A DNA stretch of 64,000 bases. Origin: Isurus oxyrinchus. Lineage: Eukaryota. Where the stretch lies: contig JANJGN010000042.1 of the NCBI GenBank assembly GCA_026770705.1, positions 2,604,001-2,668,000 on the forward strand, given 5' to 3'. Below the pieces are notes generated by a model, which saw nothing but the letters and a program-made list of their open reading frames with translations, ran no database searches and was not told the DNA's origin. Position numbers and translations under genes: made by a program. This document shows positions 36,025 through 49,581 of the stretch, piece by piece (position 1 is the first letter of the stretch; every line of letters begins with the position of its first letter).

Positions 36025-39000
36025 GTAAGAAACATGCCTTCATTCTGTGCTGTTGGATTTGCTTCATTGTCTCATATTTGTTTATTTTAGACATTAATGT
36101 GTTAACCGAAACTTTGCATTGGTGGATTCTGTGTTTACAATGTTTCATTTAATTCTGCCGCAAAGGGATTTAACAATTGCTTCTCGGCAAAAAAAAACAA
36201 TGGGAGTTTTAAGGACTTGTTTGAGTGATTTGTCTTTTATCTGCTGATGAGGCTTTGTGCCTGGCTTACTTTAAATATTTGAGTTTTGTTAAAGAATTTG
36301 GTGTTTCTACTGCTGCAAGTTTTGTAATCGACTGAAAGTATTGTGTTTAAAAGTGTTGGAAATAAGATTGTAGACAGGAAACCGAGTGCTATCAAGGTCA
36401 AAATGTCTTTTTAAGCTATGGATTTTATAATAAATGTTTGTCATGTTTATTTGTGTTAACTGCGCTGAAAAATATCAATATAAGGTTGACGAACTTTCAC
36501 CTTAAATAAGTGAAATGCTACGATAAGTAGGAACAACAGAGTTAACAAATTTCCTGCCAGAATCAGGCTTAAAATAATACAACTTGAAACATTGTAATGC
36601 TGTAATATTCCTCCCCATATTACTAAAGTATACCGTGAAAATCAAACAATGCATTAAACATGACCCATCGAAATACAATTCTTCTGCCATTGTTTCATAT
36701 TTCTGTTTATTTTAATAAATGACTTGTTCAATGAAAGATGATTTCAGTGCGATGTATTGAGGTTTATTTGAAATGTTGCATCTGATTCTGCTGAAAGGAC
36801 TTAGGTAATTAAGCAGTTGTTGGATTCAGTCCCTCGGTGTTCTGATTTGGTGCTAAGTGCTAAGGAGAGTATGTGCCTTGGGTTACTTTGAACAGTTAAA
36901 GCTCGTGGAACTGTTTGATGATTCTACAACGTGTAATGTCGATCACATCAAACATGTGTTGGTTATGTGCTTAAACCATTGTGAAGGAGGGTTATAGTTA
37001 CAAAGCAAACAGGCTTTTTAATCAATATTGAAAGATATATTGATGCATTTTTATTTCAGTGCCAATTGCAGATTGAACAATTAATATTTTGTTTCTGATA
37101 CTCCTATTTAATACTTGAGGTAATAATGCAATGCTAAAGTACATAACCAGCGAAGTTCAACTGTGATGGGGAGTTAAATGAATATAACTCAAACGACTAT
37201 AATGCGACAATATTTCCCAAGATTACAACAATAAAAAATAATATTGTTAGACATTTAGCAGATAATCTGTGCTATCCACAACAATGCTGCAAAACGCAGC
37301 ACAATTAATAGCAGCCGGACAAATGCAAAGGTTCCAGCAATTTCCATTCTTTTTTTTTAATATAATACACACTGATCGCACTGCAGTATTTAGTTCAAAC
37401 AGTGATTTTAAATTAATTGGTTCCTCCCTGGTTTATGCAGGTTGAAAGGTGCTAATTATTTATCAATATTAAATGCGTTTCAGCTGGCTAATTTAATAGA
37501 TCTGCCGGGTTGTTGAACCTTTGCTGTGCAGCCAAACAGTTCCTTGAATTTTAGCCCATTATCACTAAGCTAATCTTAAACGGTTTGCAGTTAATGAATT
37601 GCTCAATAATACTCAAATTCAAAGAAAATTCAGAATGCATAAGGCTGGAGATGGACAAACATTGCTATTGAAGCAGGTTGGCTGTATTATAAATGTAACT
37701 TCTGAATTGAAGAACAGCAACTAATCTTGCAGAGCTGTGAGATATCCGGGTTGAATTAAATGGGAGCTACCTTCAATTCTCATTAAAATCGTTCTGTTTG
37801 CTCGCAGAGTTTCAGTGTCTCGGGTGATGCAAAGGAATTGTTATCTCTCAGTTCTGCATTGATGATTGTGGATCTTCATTTCAATAAGTAGCATTATATA
37901 TTTAAACAGAAAATGCTGAATAAAACCTCAGCATGACTGGCAGCATCTGTCCATGGAGAAGCAGAGATCTGAAGAAGAGTCCTACCGATTCGAAATGCTA
38001 AGTCTGTTTCTCTCTCCACTGATGCTGCCAGACGTGCTGAGTTTTGCCAGCATTTTCCGTTTTTATATCAGATTTCCAACATCCGCCGCATTTTATTTTC
38101 ATCATATATTTGAAACTCATTTACGTGTAGATTACGGGAATGGTATATCAAAGCTTGGCTGTATTATTATCTAGGGGAGGCTCCGATAATGGCTACAAAC
38201 TGGCAGGGATACATTAATTATTAAAAATAAAACTGCTGTTGAAATGTGGGATGATATTTAAACTCCAGAGTCCTGCTTCAGTGACTTGAGGATGATGCAC
38301 TCCATTTTTTATTACCGATATGAGTACCCGAATAGTGTTTGAACAATTTTAAGCTGCCTACTTATAAATCTATCATGTGAAATACACGTTTAGAACAGAA
38401 GAGCTTTTATGTCGTGCCAACATAATCACAAACATGAAAACTTTACCAGTGTGTAGGTATAGGACCACCTTCTTATAATTTTTGGTCATCTTAATTTATT
38501 AAAAGTAATATAATGTATTTGTCCGAAAGTGTATGGAATTATTTATTTAATTTAAGAAGTGTCACCTTAATTTAAATAAGCCTATTATTAACAAGAGACA
38601 AATCAGAAGGAGAATAAAATTATTAACAAATTTGGCATAATGGTGTTAAATATCACCAATATGAAAATAGAGTCTAAGTTCAGTACGAATTCATTACAAA
38701 AAAATCTCTCAAATGTGCTGCGCTGAGTCCAGGATTAAAGTTAAAACTCATGGTGGAGAATTTTTTAAATTATTTTCAATTAACTTGGAAAGCAACATGT
38801 TTCTTAGTCAACTGCCTTCAGCTCCATTGGATGTTGCTGTACAATTTAATTAATTATCTTCGTGTTTTGCCTCAGCAGTTTCAATGATTATATATTAATC
38901 TGAAAGTATGTCAGTGAATAATAGGAGTACAGTGTAAATATCTCCCAATTTGTTAAATTCTTGCTCTGTTACAATGTCCCTGTTAGAGACATCAATTACC

Positions 39001-40329
39001 ATGAATGTAAATTATTTTGATGAACCTGTTCTCAGCCAAACTAACTCTAAGGCTGTTGTGAAAACTGCACCCAGACAGGGAGAAATTAAGGCCCATCAAA
39101 GGGAATTTTTCCATTTAGAATCAGAATAATTTCACAGAAGTGACGTGGTCATAAATTTACAAACGTTTTAATCTATTCAAACGGATTAATGGATACTGGA
39201 GAAATCTATCTTTAATAGACTGATTTTTGCATCGTTTATGTCTGTTCTGTTTCTATGTGTGTGGTCACTGTGTGGGAATCGGGAGCCTTCTGGCTGTTTG
39301 TGAACTTCCTGGTTCATTGTCCTGTAATTCAGGGAATTCATTTCGAACCATTTATTTAAGAAGTTTGTATATCCGAGAAAGGTGCAAATCTGTTCTAAAG
39401 TTTGAGAAGGTGCCTCAGAAATCAGATCAGTATTCCAGTTTGTGGAATTCAGAAGGAAAGCAAAATGTAGAAAGATATTTTTCTGTTCAGTGTTTGCTGT
39501 ATCAGAGCCGGTGGTTTGTTGATGGTCCAGTCTAAGCACAAGTTTTAACTAACAATGCGGAATAGAGGGCGTTTTAGAATGCATCCCACCATTACTGTTC
39601 CTGAAATACAGCGCTTCACAGGACTGTGCAAAGAGACTTTTAGTATAATTCACTTGTTCTGTATCTGACATGAGAGTGTTGGCATTGTCAATGGTCAAGG
39701 AACTTTAACCACTATCAAACATATTAATTGCTCCGAATTAGATATGTAAAAGTAAATGCTTAAATTCCTCCAATGAAGTAGCAGATCGTTAATTTAACGT
39801 ACATTTCATTCTTAAAAAAAAGCTAAGTTTGTGATGAAGGCTTGATGATTAAACATTTTCAATATGAGATAATATTTGAATCAGATTGGCCTGATCTAAA
39901 GCTCAATTTCAGGACAGTTACAGGAAGTGACGGTAACGTTACCTTCTGCGATATGATCGAATCTGAAAATAAATTGAGCAACTTAAATGGACATTATGGT
40001 GCCTTACCCCGTGTCTCATACAAACTACGGTGGGAAGGAAAGCTGGAAAAATATGAGTTTAACTTAACTCAATGCACAACCTGATTCCAACTGCCCGAAG
40101 GACATTTGATGAACTATCAGAGAGGCAGTTTTACTCTTGTTCCAAGGGCTTTACTAGGGCTGTGGGTTTTATGTGGAACTTCAATGTTCTTCTATCTTGT
40201 ATCTAATCAGTACAGTCTGTGAACTGTAAACATTTGATTATGTGGTGGAGATGAAACACCTTTTTCTGGACATGTATCTATTCATGCATCCATTTTTCAT
40301 CCAACGATGCAAAGATCGATATATTGAAT

Positions 40330-40453
40330 GGTCTATCTATCTATCTATCGATCGATCTGTCTTTCTACATATCTGTCTACCTGCCTATCATGTCTATCTG
40401 TCTATCTCTCTCTCTCTCTATCTTCTATCACTCTCTATCTCTATCTCTTTCTA

Positions 40454-40489
<36 letters not shown>

Positions 40490-40695
40490 CAACCATCTGT
40501 TTATCTGNNNNNNNNNNNNNNNNNNNNNNNNNNNNNNNNNNNNNNNNNNNNNNNNNNNNNNNNNNNNNNNNNNNNNNNNNNNNNNNNNNNNNNNNNNNNN
40601 NNNNNNNNNNNNNNNNNNNNNNNNNNNNNNNNNNNNNNNNNNNNNNNNCTACCGATCTCTTTAACTCTCTATCTATCTATCTATCTGTTTATCTA
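40330..40695. repeat. (CTAT)n/(CT)n microsatellite spanning an assembly gap (N at 40508-40648)
   Basis: Directly visible. Confidence 0.95.
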
Positions 40696-41483
40696 ACCAA
40701 GATAGCTGATAATAATTGATTATTTGTAAACATCATTGTGCATTGGCAAATTTGGAGAGTTAATTCAGAATTGTGATAGACCGAAAGCTAACTATCCATG
40801 CTATCAAATAGTCTCATTGAACAATTCTGGGTCATGCTTTATAAAAGTGCAAAAAAATTGCCTGTAAGTAATGAAACTAGTCGATCCACCCGTTGGAGTT
40901 ACATAATCTTTAGAGCAAATGCTGCCAAGCATCATCCAAGTTTATCCTCTGAAAACGACAACGTGTTGATCATGAAACTAGAATAGATTTGTGTAAAAAC
41001 CCCTCTGGCTCACTGATGTCCTTCCTGGAAGATAATCGGCCATCCTGGCCCAGAGATAGCTAACTGTTTCTGTATTACAATAGTCATTTGCTGGTGATAA
41101 GAGGTTGATAGTAAAATACTTTAAGCGAGAGCTCATTGGAAATAATGTGGAAGCGTGTAAAGTGAAAGTGTTTGAGGAATGATTGATGTTTTCTTCAATA
41201 GAGGAGCAAGGGCTGGAGGAAGCCCAGGTTACAATATCCCGTATTTAACTCGCAATTATGTGGCCTCATGTAAAGTATTTCCCTTTTCCGACTTGTGCAA
41301 CATCTTGTGTACAAGACTGGCCATCATGGCAGCGTGTCCTGTCGGGCATATCAACTCCTAAATGCAGTTTATTACCAGGATATTTTGGAAATTAATTATA
41401 TCAATATTAAACTTCGAACAATTTGCTTATTTCATAATCACGAATCACATTTTTAAGTTGTTCAATTGACTCTTAATTCGCAG

Positions 41484-41783
41484 TGACACCGTCTCCCCCC
41501 ACCCTCTACGCTCTGCTCTCCTCCTGTGAACAAGCAAACACTGCCGGCTCCATCACCTACGGCTGTTTGGCTGCGGACTACTCCCCCGAAATCACCAGCG
41601 TTTCCTGGAAGAAAGATCAAGAGACGATCACAGCTGGATTGAAGACTTACCCATCAGTACTGAACAAGAAGGGAACCCACACCCTGAGCAGCCAGTTAAC
41701 CATCACCGAATCAGAGGTGGGAAGCAGCACAATCTACTGCGAGGTTCGAAGGAGCAACTCGGTCTGGCAGAAGGAAATGCCAG
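41484..41783 (+). CDS. IGHM: IgM C-mu1 exon
   Basis: ttcgcag acceptor, 300 nt, (V)[14 protein letters not shown]...[19 protein letters not shown]...[10 protein letters not shown]...IYCEVRR..., donor ag/gttcgt. Confidence 0.95.
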
Positions 41784-42686
41784 GTTCGTGTTGTGGGATG
41801 CACAGGGCGGCAGTGGCGGGGCTGGGTGAAGGGTGAACGTGGTCAGCAAATGAGTTATGTTCAAATTCTGCATCACATGGGTTAGAATGGATTGAGAATA
41901 TTGTGTATAGTTCAGTATATCACACTTAGTGCATTGTGGATACCTGTATTCTCCACATCACACTTAGTGTGATATGTACAGCTGTGATTTCCGCATCACA
42001 GTTATTGTACTGTAGACAGTTTTTTCTTCCACATCAAAATGTAGTGTACTGTGTATAATTAGGGCCTCCACATCATAATAGGTGTATTGTGTGCAGTTAT
42101 TCCCTCCAAATCATATCGAATATACCATATGTAGTTCTGGTTTCCATGTAAGGAAAATGCTACAGGGGCGTTGCAATCGGAGCTAAACTATTTACAAGGA
42201 CATTACCAGAGCTGATAGATTACTTCTGTCATGTAACTGCGAACAAGTTGGTGGTCAATTCTCTACAAAATAAAAAATTGTGGTGTGACCAAATAAAGGT
42301 CCTCAGACTTCTGAAATAATTTGATACATTAGACAAGAATTAGAGCTCATGTTTACAACAGAATGTTAAAAAGAAACGATTGGCTATACTGAATCTTTAC
42401 ACAAAGAGTGAGCAGAATGTGGGAATTCCTGTAGGTGAGATGTTACCGAAACTCTGTTCAGGGGAATCTTAATAGATACATGAGGGAGATTGTAAGGGAG
42501 GTTTTTTTTTCTGCTGAGAGGTGAAATAGGGCGAGAGGATGTTCCTGTGGATCCTAAACTCCAGCATTGTACTATGGGGCCGGTTGGCCTGGTTCTGTCC
42601 TGTGGATTTTATGTAATTAGTTTTACAGTTTTTAATTGTTTGGTTTGAAGCAATTTTAATTCCAAATAATATATATTTTCTTGCAG

Positions 42687-42997
42687 TTATTGTGGTGCAT
42701 CATCCGACTGTTCTGCTCACCGTGAGCCCCAGTGAAGAAATCACAAGCAGCAGATTTGCAACCATCGTCTGTTCAATCATTGATTTCCGTCCAAATTCAA
42801 TCAAGGTGAAATGGCTGAAAAATGGACAAGCCATGGCCTCTGGCTTCGTCACCTCTCCCGGCTTTGAAGTGAACAGGAACTTCTCGGCGACCAGTTGGTT
42901 GACAGTCCCCGCTGGGGACTGGTTCAGTCACACGCTCTATACCTGCCAGGTCACTCATAAAGGGTCACCCAAAGCCGAAACATCACCAAACCTGAGG
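42687..42997 (+). CDS. IGHM: IgM C-mu2 exon with a 1-nt deletion (frameshift)
   Basis: ttgcag acceptor, donor g/gtaaga; 311 nt (not 3n). The expected end [12 protein letters not shown] lies in a shifted frame after cat aaa ggg. Confidence 0.9.
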
Positions 42998-43559
42998 GTA
43001 AGAGACACAACCCGAGAAAGCTCAAGGCCATTCTTGGTGTCAATCTCTGTCCAAACCAAGAAATAGTTTGGAATGGTTAAAAGTCAGAGACTGTGTCTCA
43101 TTTGACAATTTGCCCGTTTGTGTTTCCTTCCAAAGGAAACAAGAACACACTAAAGAAATCCTTTCATTTATAAAGCGCCCTCCCCAGCATCAGATTCTCC
43201 CAAAACACTTAGCAGCCAATGAATGACTGTGGAAATGTGCTCATTGTGGTAAAGTAGAATATTCAGCAGCGATTTGCTGCACAACAGTCACCAAGACCCT
43301 GGGACATGATGCTGACAGGATTTATTTATTTATTTTTTGATTTCATTCTGTTTGTTCAGGTACACATGTTGTCCAGGAAATAGACACACTTCAGCTCAGC
43401 ATTTCGAACGTTTTCTTTTCATTTTTATTTCAAATTTCCAGCAATATTTGGCTTCTAGAACTAAAGAACATTATTGGATTTGCTGTTGGGGAGAGTTAAA
43501 CTAACTCAGGAGGAGCGTGGGAACAACGAGAGAATTTCAGCATGTAATAGCATGGATTC

Positions 43560-45535
43560 TGGGAGAGGCAGCTAACTCTAAAAGAGGGAATAGTCAGTTA
43601 ATAGGCGGAGTCAGGATAAGGGAGCAAACAATGAATTCTAAATTAGCGTTGCACTGCATGTATGTGCATGCATGGAAAATAGTTAATAAAATTTGGGAGT
43701 TACAGGCACAGATTGCCTTTTGGGATTATTATGATAGGGTGATAACGGAGACCTAATTTAAGGAAGGACAGAATTGGGTGATAATTAGTTCTAGTTACAA
43801 GATGTTCATAAAAGACAGGAAAGGACACAAACTGGAGGCGGGGTCGTGGTGGCGTTTTTGTTTAAGGAGAGTATTTCAGTACTGGCGAAAAATAATGTGT
43901 CAGGCGATTCAAGGACAGAACCAATTTGGCTGGAGCAAAGGAATAAGAATGGTGCAATTACATTGCTGGGTGTAATGTATAGACCGCAATAGCTAGTGGG
44001 AAGATGGAGAGGAGCAAGTAAATAACAGAGAGTTGTAAATATCATCGAGTAGTCATAACGGAGGGGGAAGGGTACATTACCCGAATACATACTGGGATAG
44101 TAGTACTGTAAGGGGCAGTGAGGGAGCAGCATTCCTAGATCATATTCTGGAGAATTTCCGACAGCAGTGTGTGTCCAGTGCAAGGAGAAAGGAGGCACTG
44201 CTAGACCTGGTTCTTGGGAATGAGGTGGGCCAAGTAAAGAAACTGATAGGAGGGGAGCATTTAGGGGACAGTGATCATTGTATCATAAGGTTTAGGATGA
44301 CGGTGGAAAATGACATTGATCAATCCAGGGTAAGAGCAGCCAACTGGCAGAGAGCAGACTTCAATGGGGCAAGAATGGGCCTGGGCCTGAAAGACTGGAA
44401 CCAAAGGTTGGTGGGAAAAACAGTAGCTGAACATTGGGCTAACTTCAAAGAGAAGATGGTTTTGGCACAGTCTAAGTATGTTCCCTCAAAAGAGAAGGGC
44501 AGGAGAAACAAGTCCAGAGCTCCCTGGATGGCAAAGGAGATAGAAATTAAGTTAAGGAAGAAAAAATGTCTTACACAGGTGTCTGGTAGCAAATACATTT
44601 GAGAACCAAGCTTAATTCAGAAGTTTCAGAAAGGATGTGTAAAAGCAAATACGAGAATCAAAGAGGGATTATGAAAAAATACTGACAGCTAACATAAAAG
44701 GAAATCCCAAGGTATTCTATAAGCATATCAATCGTAAGAAGGTTGTAAAAGGAGGAATAGACCGATTAGGGATCAAAAAGGGGATTTACACATAGCGGCA
44801 AGAGGCATGGCTGAGGTGTTAAATGAATACTTTGCAGCTGTCTTTACCTACGAGGTAGATGCTGCCCAGGTTATGGTGACAGAGGAGGAAACTCAGTCAC
44901 TAGAAGGGTTTGAAATTGCTAAGGATGAGGTATTGCATCAGCTGTCGGCTCTTAAAGTGGATAAGTCTCCGGGACAGGGTGATATTCGTCTAAGAGTATT
45001 GAAGGAAGTGAGAGTGGAATTGCAGAGGCACTGACAATAATCTTTCAGCGTCCCCTGCATTTGGACGAGGTGTTAAAGGACTGGAGAATTGCAAATATTA
45101 CGCCCTTGTTCAAAAACGTTTGTAAAGGTCTTCCCTGCAATTACAGACGATTCAGTTTAACTTCGGTGGTGGGGAAACTTCTAGAAACAATTATTCCGGA
45201 TGGAATTAATATCATGTGGGATAATGTACATTGATTAGGAAGAGTCATCATGGATTTATTAAAGGAAAATCCTGTATAACTAACTTGCTGGAGTTTATTC
45301 AAGAGGTAACAGAGATGGTTAATGAGGGCAAGGCCGTTGATATGGTCTATTTGGATTTCCAAAAGGCTTTCGACACAATGCCACACAACAGACCTGTGAG
45401 GAAAGTTATAGATGATGGACTTAAAGGGACAATAACTAACTGGATAAATATTTATATATATAAATGATGTAGATCTTGGTTTGCAGGGGGCAATTTAAAG
45501 GATTGTGGAGGATGCAAAACTTGGGAGAATTTGGA
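43560..45535 (+). mobile_element. Decayed CR1 LINE ORF2 (APE endonuclease + partial RT) in the Cmu2-Cmu3 intron
   Basis: ITETW-like, LLDLVLGNEVGQV, GEHLGDSDHCIIRF, APWM, MAEVLNEYFAAVFT, HGFIKGKSCITNLLEF, VYLDFQKAFD; stops and frameshifts. Confidence 0.9.
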
Positions 45536-46599
45536 GAAAGGTGACGTCACACTGACAAAGCAGGCATTCCTGGGCCTTAACAGTTGATGTTGAAGTCGGA
45601 ACCTCCCACAATACAATACTCACCCAGTACTACATTGCTGGTATCAACTACACTTGTGTTCAAACATCTGGAGTGGGGATTGAACCCATGTTCTTTCTGA
45701 ATCAGAATCCCCCGGTGTCCAGGATTCCATTAGCTCACAAAACACGGTGACATTTTGTTCAAAAGTTAGACAGTGAGTGGGGAGTCAATGGTTTCAGTTT
45801 TATCCGAAATTGATTGTGGGTAGAATCGGTGTCTGCAGGCCTTTACTGGTAATTGCCCACGACTTCAATTCTGACAATGATGTGCACCTTATTTCTGCTG
45901 CTGTTTTCAGACTGAGCAGCGCTGACAGCAGTTTGCATAGTCTCGGCTGCATTTCTTTGAGTACAATAGTCTAATGAGTGATCGAATTGCGGTGTTTCAT
46001 TAATTAATAAAGTGGGGAGAAAATGCTTAGTCCTCCAAATTAGAGATAGGAAAATAGTGAGGAAGCCGATTTTGGCAACATTTTCCTCACACTGTGAAAT
46101 ATTATCACTTTCATTTTCCCCAAGAATTTCTGAGGCTGGGAATCAATTGACATTTCAAAAAAAGAGATGAACATTTTTTTTTTGAAAATGTTATCGCACA
46201 TGACAGAACGGGGAGGATAAATGGGGTTAAGGCACACATTATTCTTACAGAGAGACATAGAGAGCTGAATGGTCTCCTCCTGTGCTGTTAGCATCTATCA
46301 TTCTCTGATTCCTTGATTTTGGGACGAGTGATATTCTGTCTGTAAGACCATTGTACCTGAATTTATTCACATTGTTGGACCGGCATTTGGTTTAGTCATT
46401 CCCAGTGGTTCTGGCTGGAAATACACAGGGAATGTAATGGAGTCTCCCGGAATTATTGCAAGTCATTGACCTTCAAACAATGAAGGCGTTAACAGGGCAG
46501 GGGGAGATCAGGTAAATATTCCTGTCGTGAGAGTGAAAGCTGCATACCGGATTTCTGATTCTGATGATGTTTTGGTTGACATTCATTTCTGCTTCACAG

Positions 46600-46905
46600 T
46601 TTCCGACTGCAACGACCCCGTAATTACTCTACAGCCGCCGCCAATAGCACAGGTCTTACTGGAGGCGACAGTGACCTTAACCTGTATCGTGAGTAACGCC
46701 CCTTATGGAGTCCTCGTGTCCTGGACACAAGAACAGAAGCCTTTGAAATCAGAGATTGCTGTCCAGCCGGGAGAGGATCCTAACAGCGTGGTCAGCCACC
46801 TGAACATCTCAACACAAGCCTGGCTGAGTGGGGCTGAGTTCTACTGCGTGGTGAGCCATCAGGATCTGCCGACTCCTTTAAGAAATTCCATCCACAAGGA
46901 AGAAC
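46600..46905 (+). CDS. IGHM: IgM C-mu3 exon
   Basis: ttcacag acceptor, 306 nt, [14 protein letters not shown]...VTLTCIVS...VSWTQ...[13 protein letters not shown]..., donor c/gtgagt. Confidence 0.95.
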
Positions 46906-47401
46906 GTGAGTGCTGAGAATGAATCAATGTGAGAGAGTGTGCAAATTCCCAGTGTAAGTTTAAGAACCAATAATGAATGCACAATGTACTAATGAGCAAG
47001 TCTGATTGGCAATTTAACTAACTATAACCCTTTGGTCCGTAAATGATGCATTTAAGTAGTAAATTCATATTTAGGTGAATGAACAAGAAACTGTGCTGCA
47101 GGGTTTGATTATATAATGTGGGAGGAGCTTGGTGTGGAGTTCAGACACCAGTACAGAGCTGTTCGGCCGAATGGCCTGTTACTGTTACTGATGAAACTTT
47201 CCAGTCCAATCCCGCATATTCTCAGAGTGAATGATTGCATCCACATCTGCTCCGATCTAGAAAGCCGGTCAGACCCCAAAGTGGAAAATGGAGATCTTGA
47301 AAAGTCAAAACAAAACACATTTCTCTCACATCTAACCACTGGTGTCATTGTCCCTGGAATTCTCCAGTTTTTTTTTGACATTTATTGTCAATTTTTTGCA
47401 G

Positions 47402-47793
47402 CTAAATATCCGCGGGAACCGTCCGTCTCTGTCCTCCTGCCCCCGGCTGAAGATGTCTCCGCTCAGAGATTCATTTCCCTCAGCTGCTTAGTGAGAGGTT
47501 TCTCCCCCCGAGAGATCTTCGTCAAGTGGACCGTCAATGACAAGCCGGTGAATCCGGGGAACTACAAGAACACCGAGGTGATGGCGGAGAACGGCAATAA
47601 CTCCTTCTTCATGTACAGCCTGTTATCCATTGCAGCGGAGGAGTGGGCCAGCGGCGCTTCTTACTCCTGTGTGGTGGGACATGAAGCCATTCCCTTGAAA
47701 TTCATCAACAGAACGGTTGATAAATCCAGCGGTAAACCGAGTTTTGTGAACATTTCCCTTGCACTGATGGACACCGTTAATTCATGTCAATGA
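47402..47793 (+). CDS. IGHM: IgM C-mu4 exon plus secretory tailpiece
   Basis: [11 protein letters not shown]...[18 protein letters not shown]...[11 protein letters not shown]...DKSSG|[19 protein letters not shown]; internal donor g/gtaaa after 47731; NIS sequon and penultimate Cys; AATAAA at about 47830. Confidence 0.97.
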
Positions 47794-48789
47794 GAATCTA
47801 TCACTTACTTTTCGAACTTTAGTAGAAATAATAAAGGATCTTCCTCCAATTGTGAATTAAATACACAGCCACTTAATTAATTATTTTTTTCCAGTTTTGC
47901 TAATGTTAGGCCTGTTTAGTTGATGTCGGGAATTTACAGGTCTCAGACCCGAGTCTTGTGCAATCCGTGCCCCCAGCTCAGATACACCCTGGGTTAGAGA
48001 CAGAATAAAGCTCATTCATTACAGAATCCTGTAAAGTTACTTCACCAACTTGCCCCTCGCTGAGGTGAATTCTGACCATTTGCCATTTCCCACTAGCACA
48101 CATAGTGGCAGCATTTAGATCCCATTGTTCCTGCTTCACTTTTCGTCCATCCATTCAAACTTCTACCAGCCGGATGTTGCCACATCGCACCCACTGGGAA
48201 CTGAAGTGAGGGTCACAAGGGAAGGTGAAATCTATCTCGACTTAGCCAACATAGAAATGGGGAAGGGCATTAGCTAACGCAATGCACCTGCACATCCCCA
48301 ACACAGATAACCGGAGTGGAAATTGTTTAGCCAACGAGAGAGAGTGGAGAGGGGAACATTAACTCACTAACCTCCCAATCCCAGTCACAGAGGGTTTAGA
48401 AGTGAACAGCTGTCTATGATATGAGTTCAGATACAAGGCGGCTTCTAGCTTCCTGCGCTCAGATTGTAATCTTCAATCATGGCAAACATATCATGGCAAA
48501 GTGATGTTTTGAAATGATTTTCAATCTCTTGTTCTTGTAAATCACAAGTTGCCAATGATTTTTCATAATCCAAATCTGAACTGCTGTTTCCATCCTTCCT
48601 GTTTTTCCGGTACTGTTTCTAATGTTTCTGGGGAACCTCTGTTTAATTGTTGCATTCTATCGCTTGATGTCACATTGAACCCCAAAGAAAACACATTCAT
48701 ACATAGAATGGCGAATTGTGTTCTCCATCGATCATACCTTCACTGTCAGGCCACGTTATTGATGTTCAGTGATACAAGATACAACAACA

Positions 48790-49548
48790 TAATACACACA
48801 CACACTGACATAAGCTCATAAACACACACACACACACGGACTCACGTGCACACACAGAAACACACACAAGCACGCACACATACTCACACACACATTGACA
48901 GAAACAATGCAAGTGCACGAGTACATAACAATACACACATAAACACACACATGCACACAGACACACAGGCAAAGACAGACAGACACACACCCTGGCACAA
49001 GATCACACGCACACACAGACACACACACACACACACGCACACACATACACACACACACATATACACATACAGACAAAGACAGGCTCACACACACCCTGGC
49101 ACAAGATTACCTACACACATGCACACTCACACACACACAACAAAGACACACACACAATCTGACACCAGATCTCTCTCTTTCTCTCTCTCACAGACAAATG
49201 CACACAGCGACACAGAGATACAAACACATGCATACACAACCAGTGATAGGAAAATACACACACAATAGTACGTAAAACATACACACATACACACACCCAA
49301 ACACCCACACATACACACACACAGACAAAGACACTGTCACACACACCCTGGCAAAAGATCACAAACGGACTCACACACACATAACAAAGGCACACACCCA
49401 ATCTGAAACCAGATCTCTCTCTCCGTCTCTCACAGACAAACACACACAGAGACACACACATGCACTGAAACCAAATTGCATACAAACACGTACACAAAGG
49501 CAGGCACACACACACAAACATAAACAAGCACACACATCCACATGAACA

Positions 49549-49581
<33 letters not shown>

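Noticed and set aside
40242-40719. ORFs crossing the N run
   Set aside because: Microsatellite plus assembly-gap artefacts.
36025-41483. Mammalian-type switch region
   Set aside because: No tandem G-rich or AGCT-rich repeat array is visible in the J-C intron.
47116-47401. N-terminal 95 aa of the 225-aa ORF preceding Cmu4
   Set aside because: Intronic read-through upstream of the ttttttgcag acceptor; the same applies to the extensions of the Cmu1, Cmu3 and TM1 ORFs.
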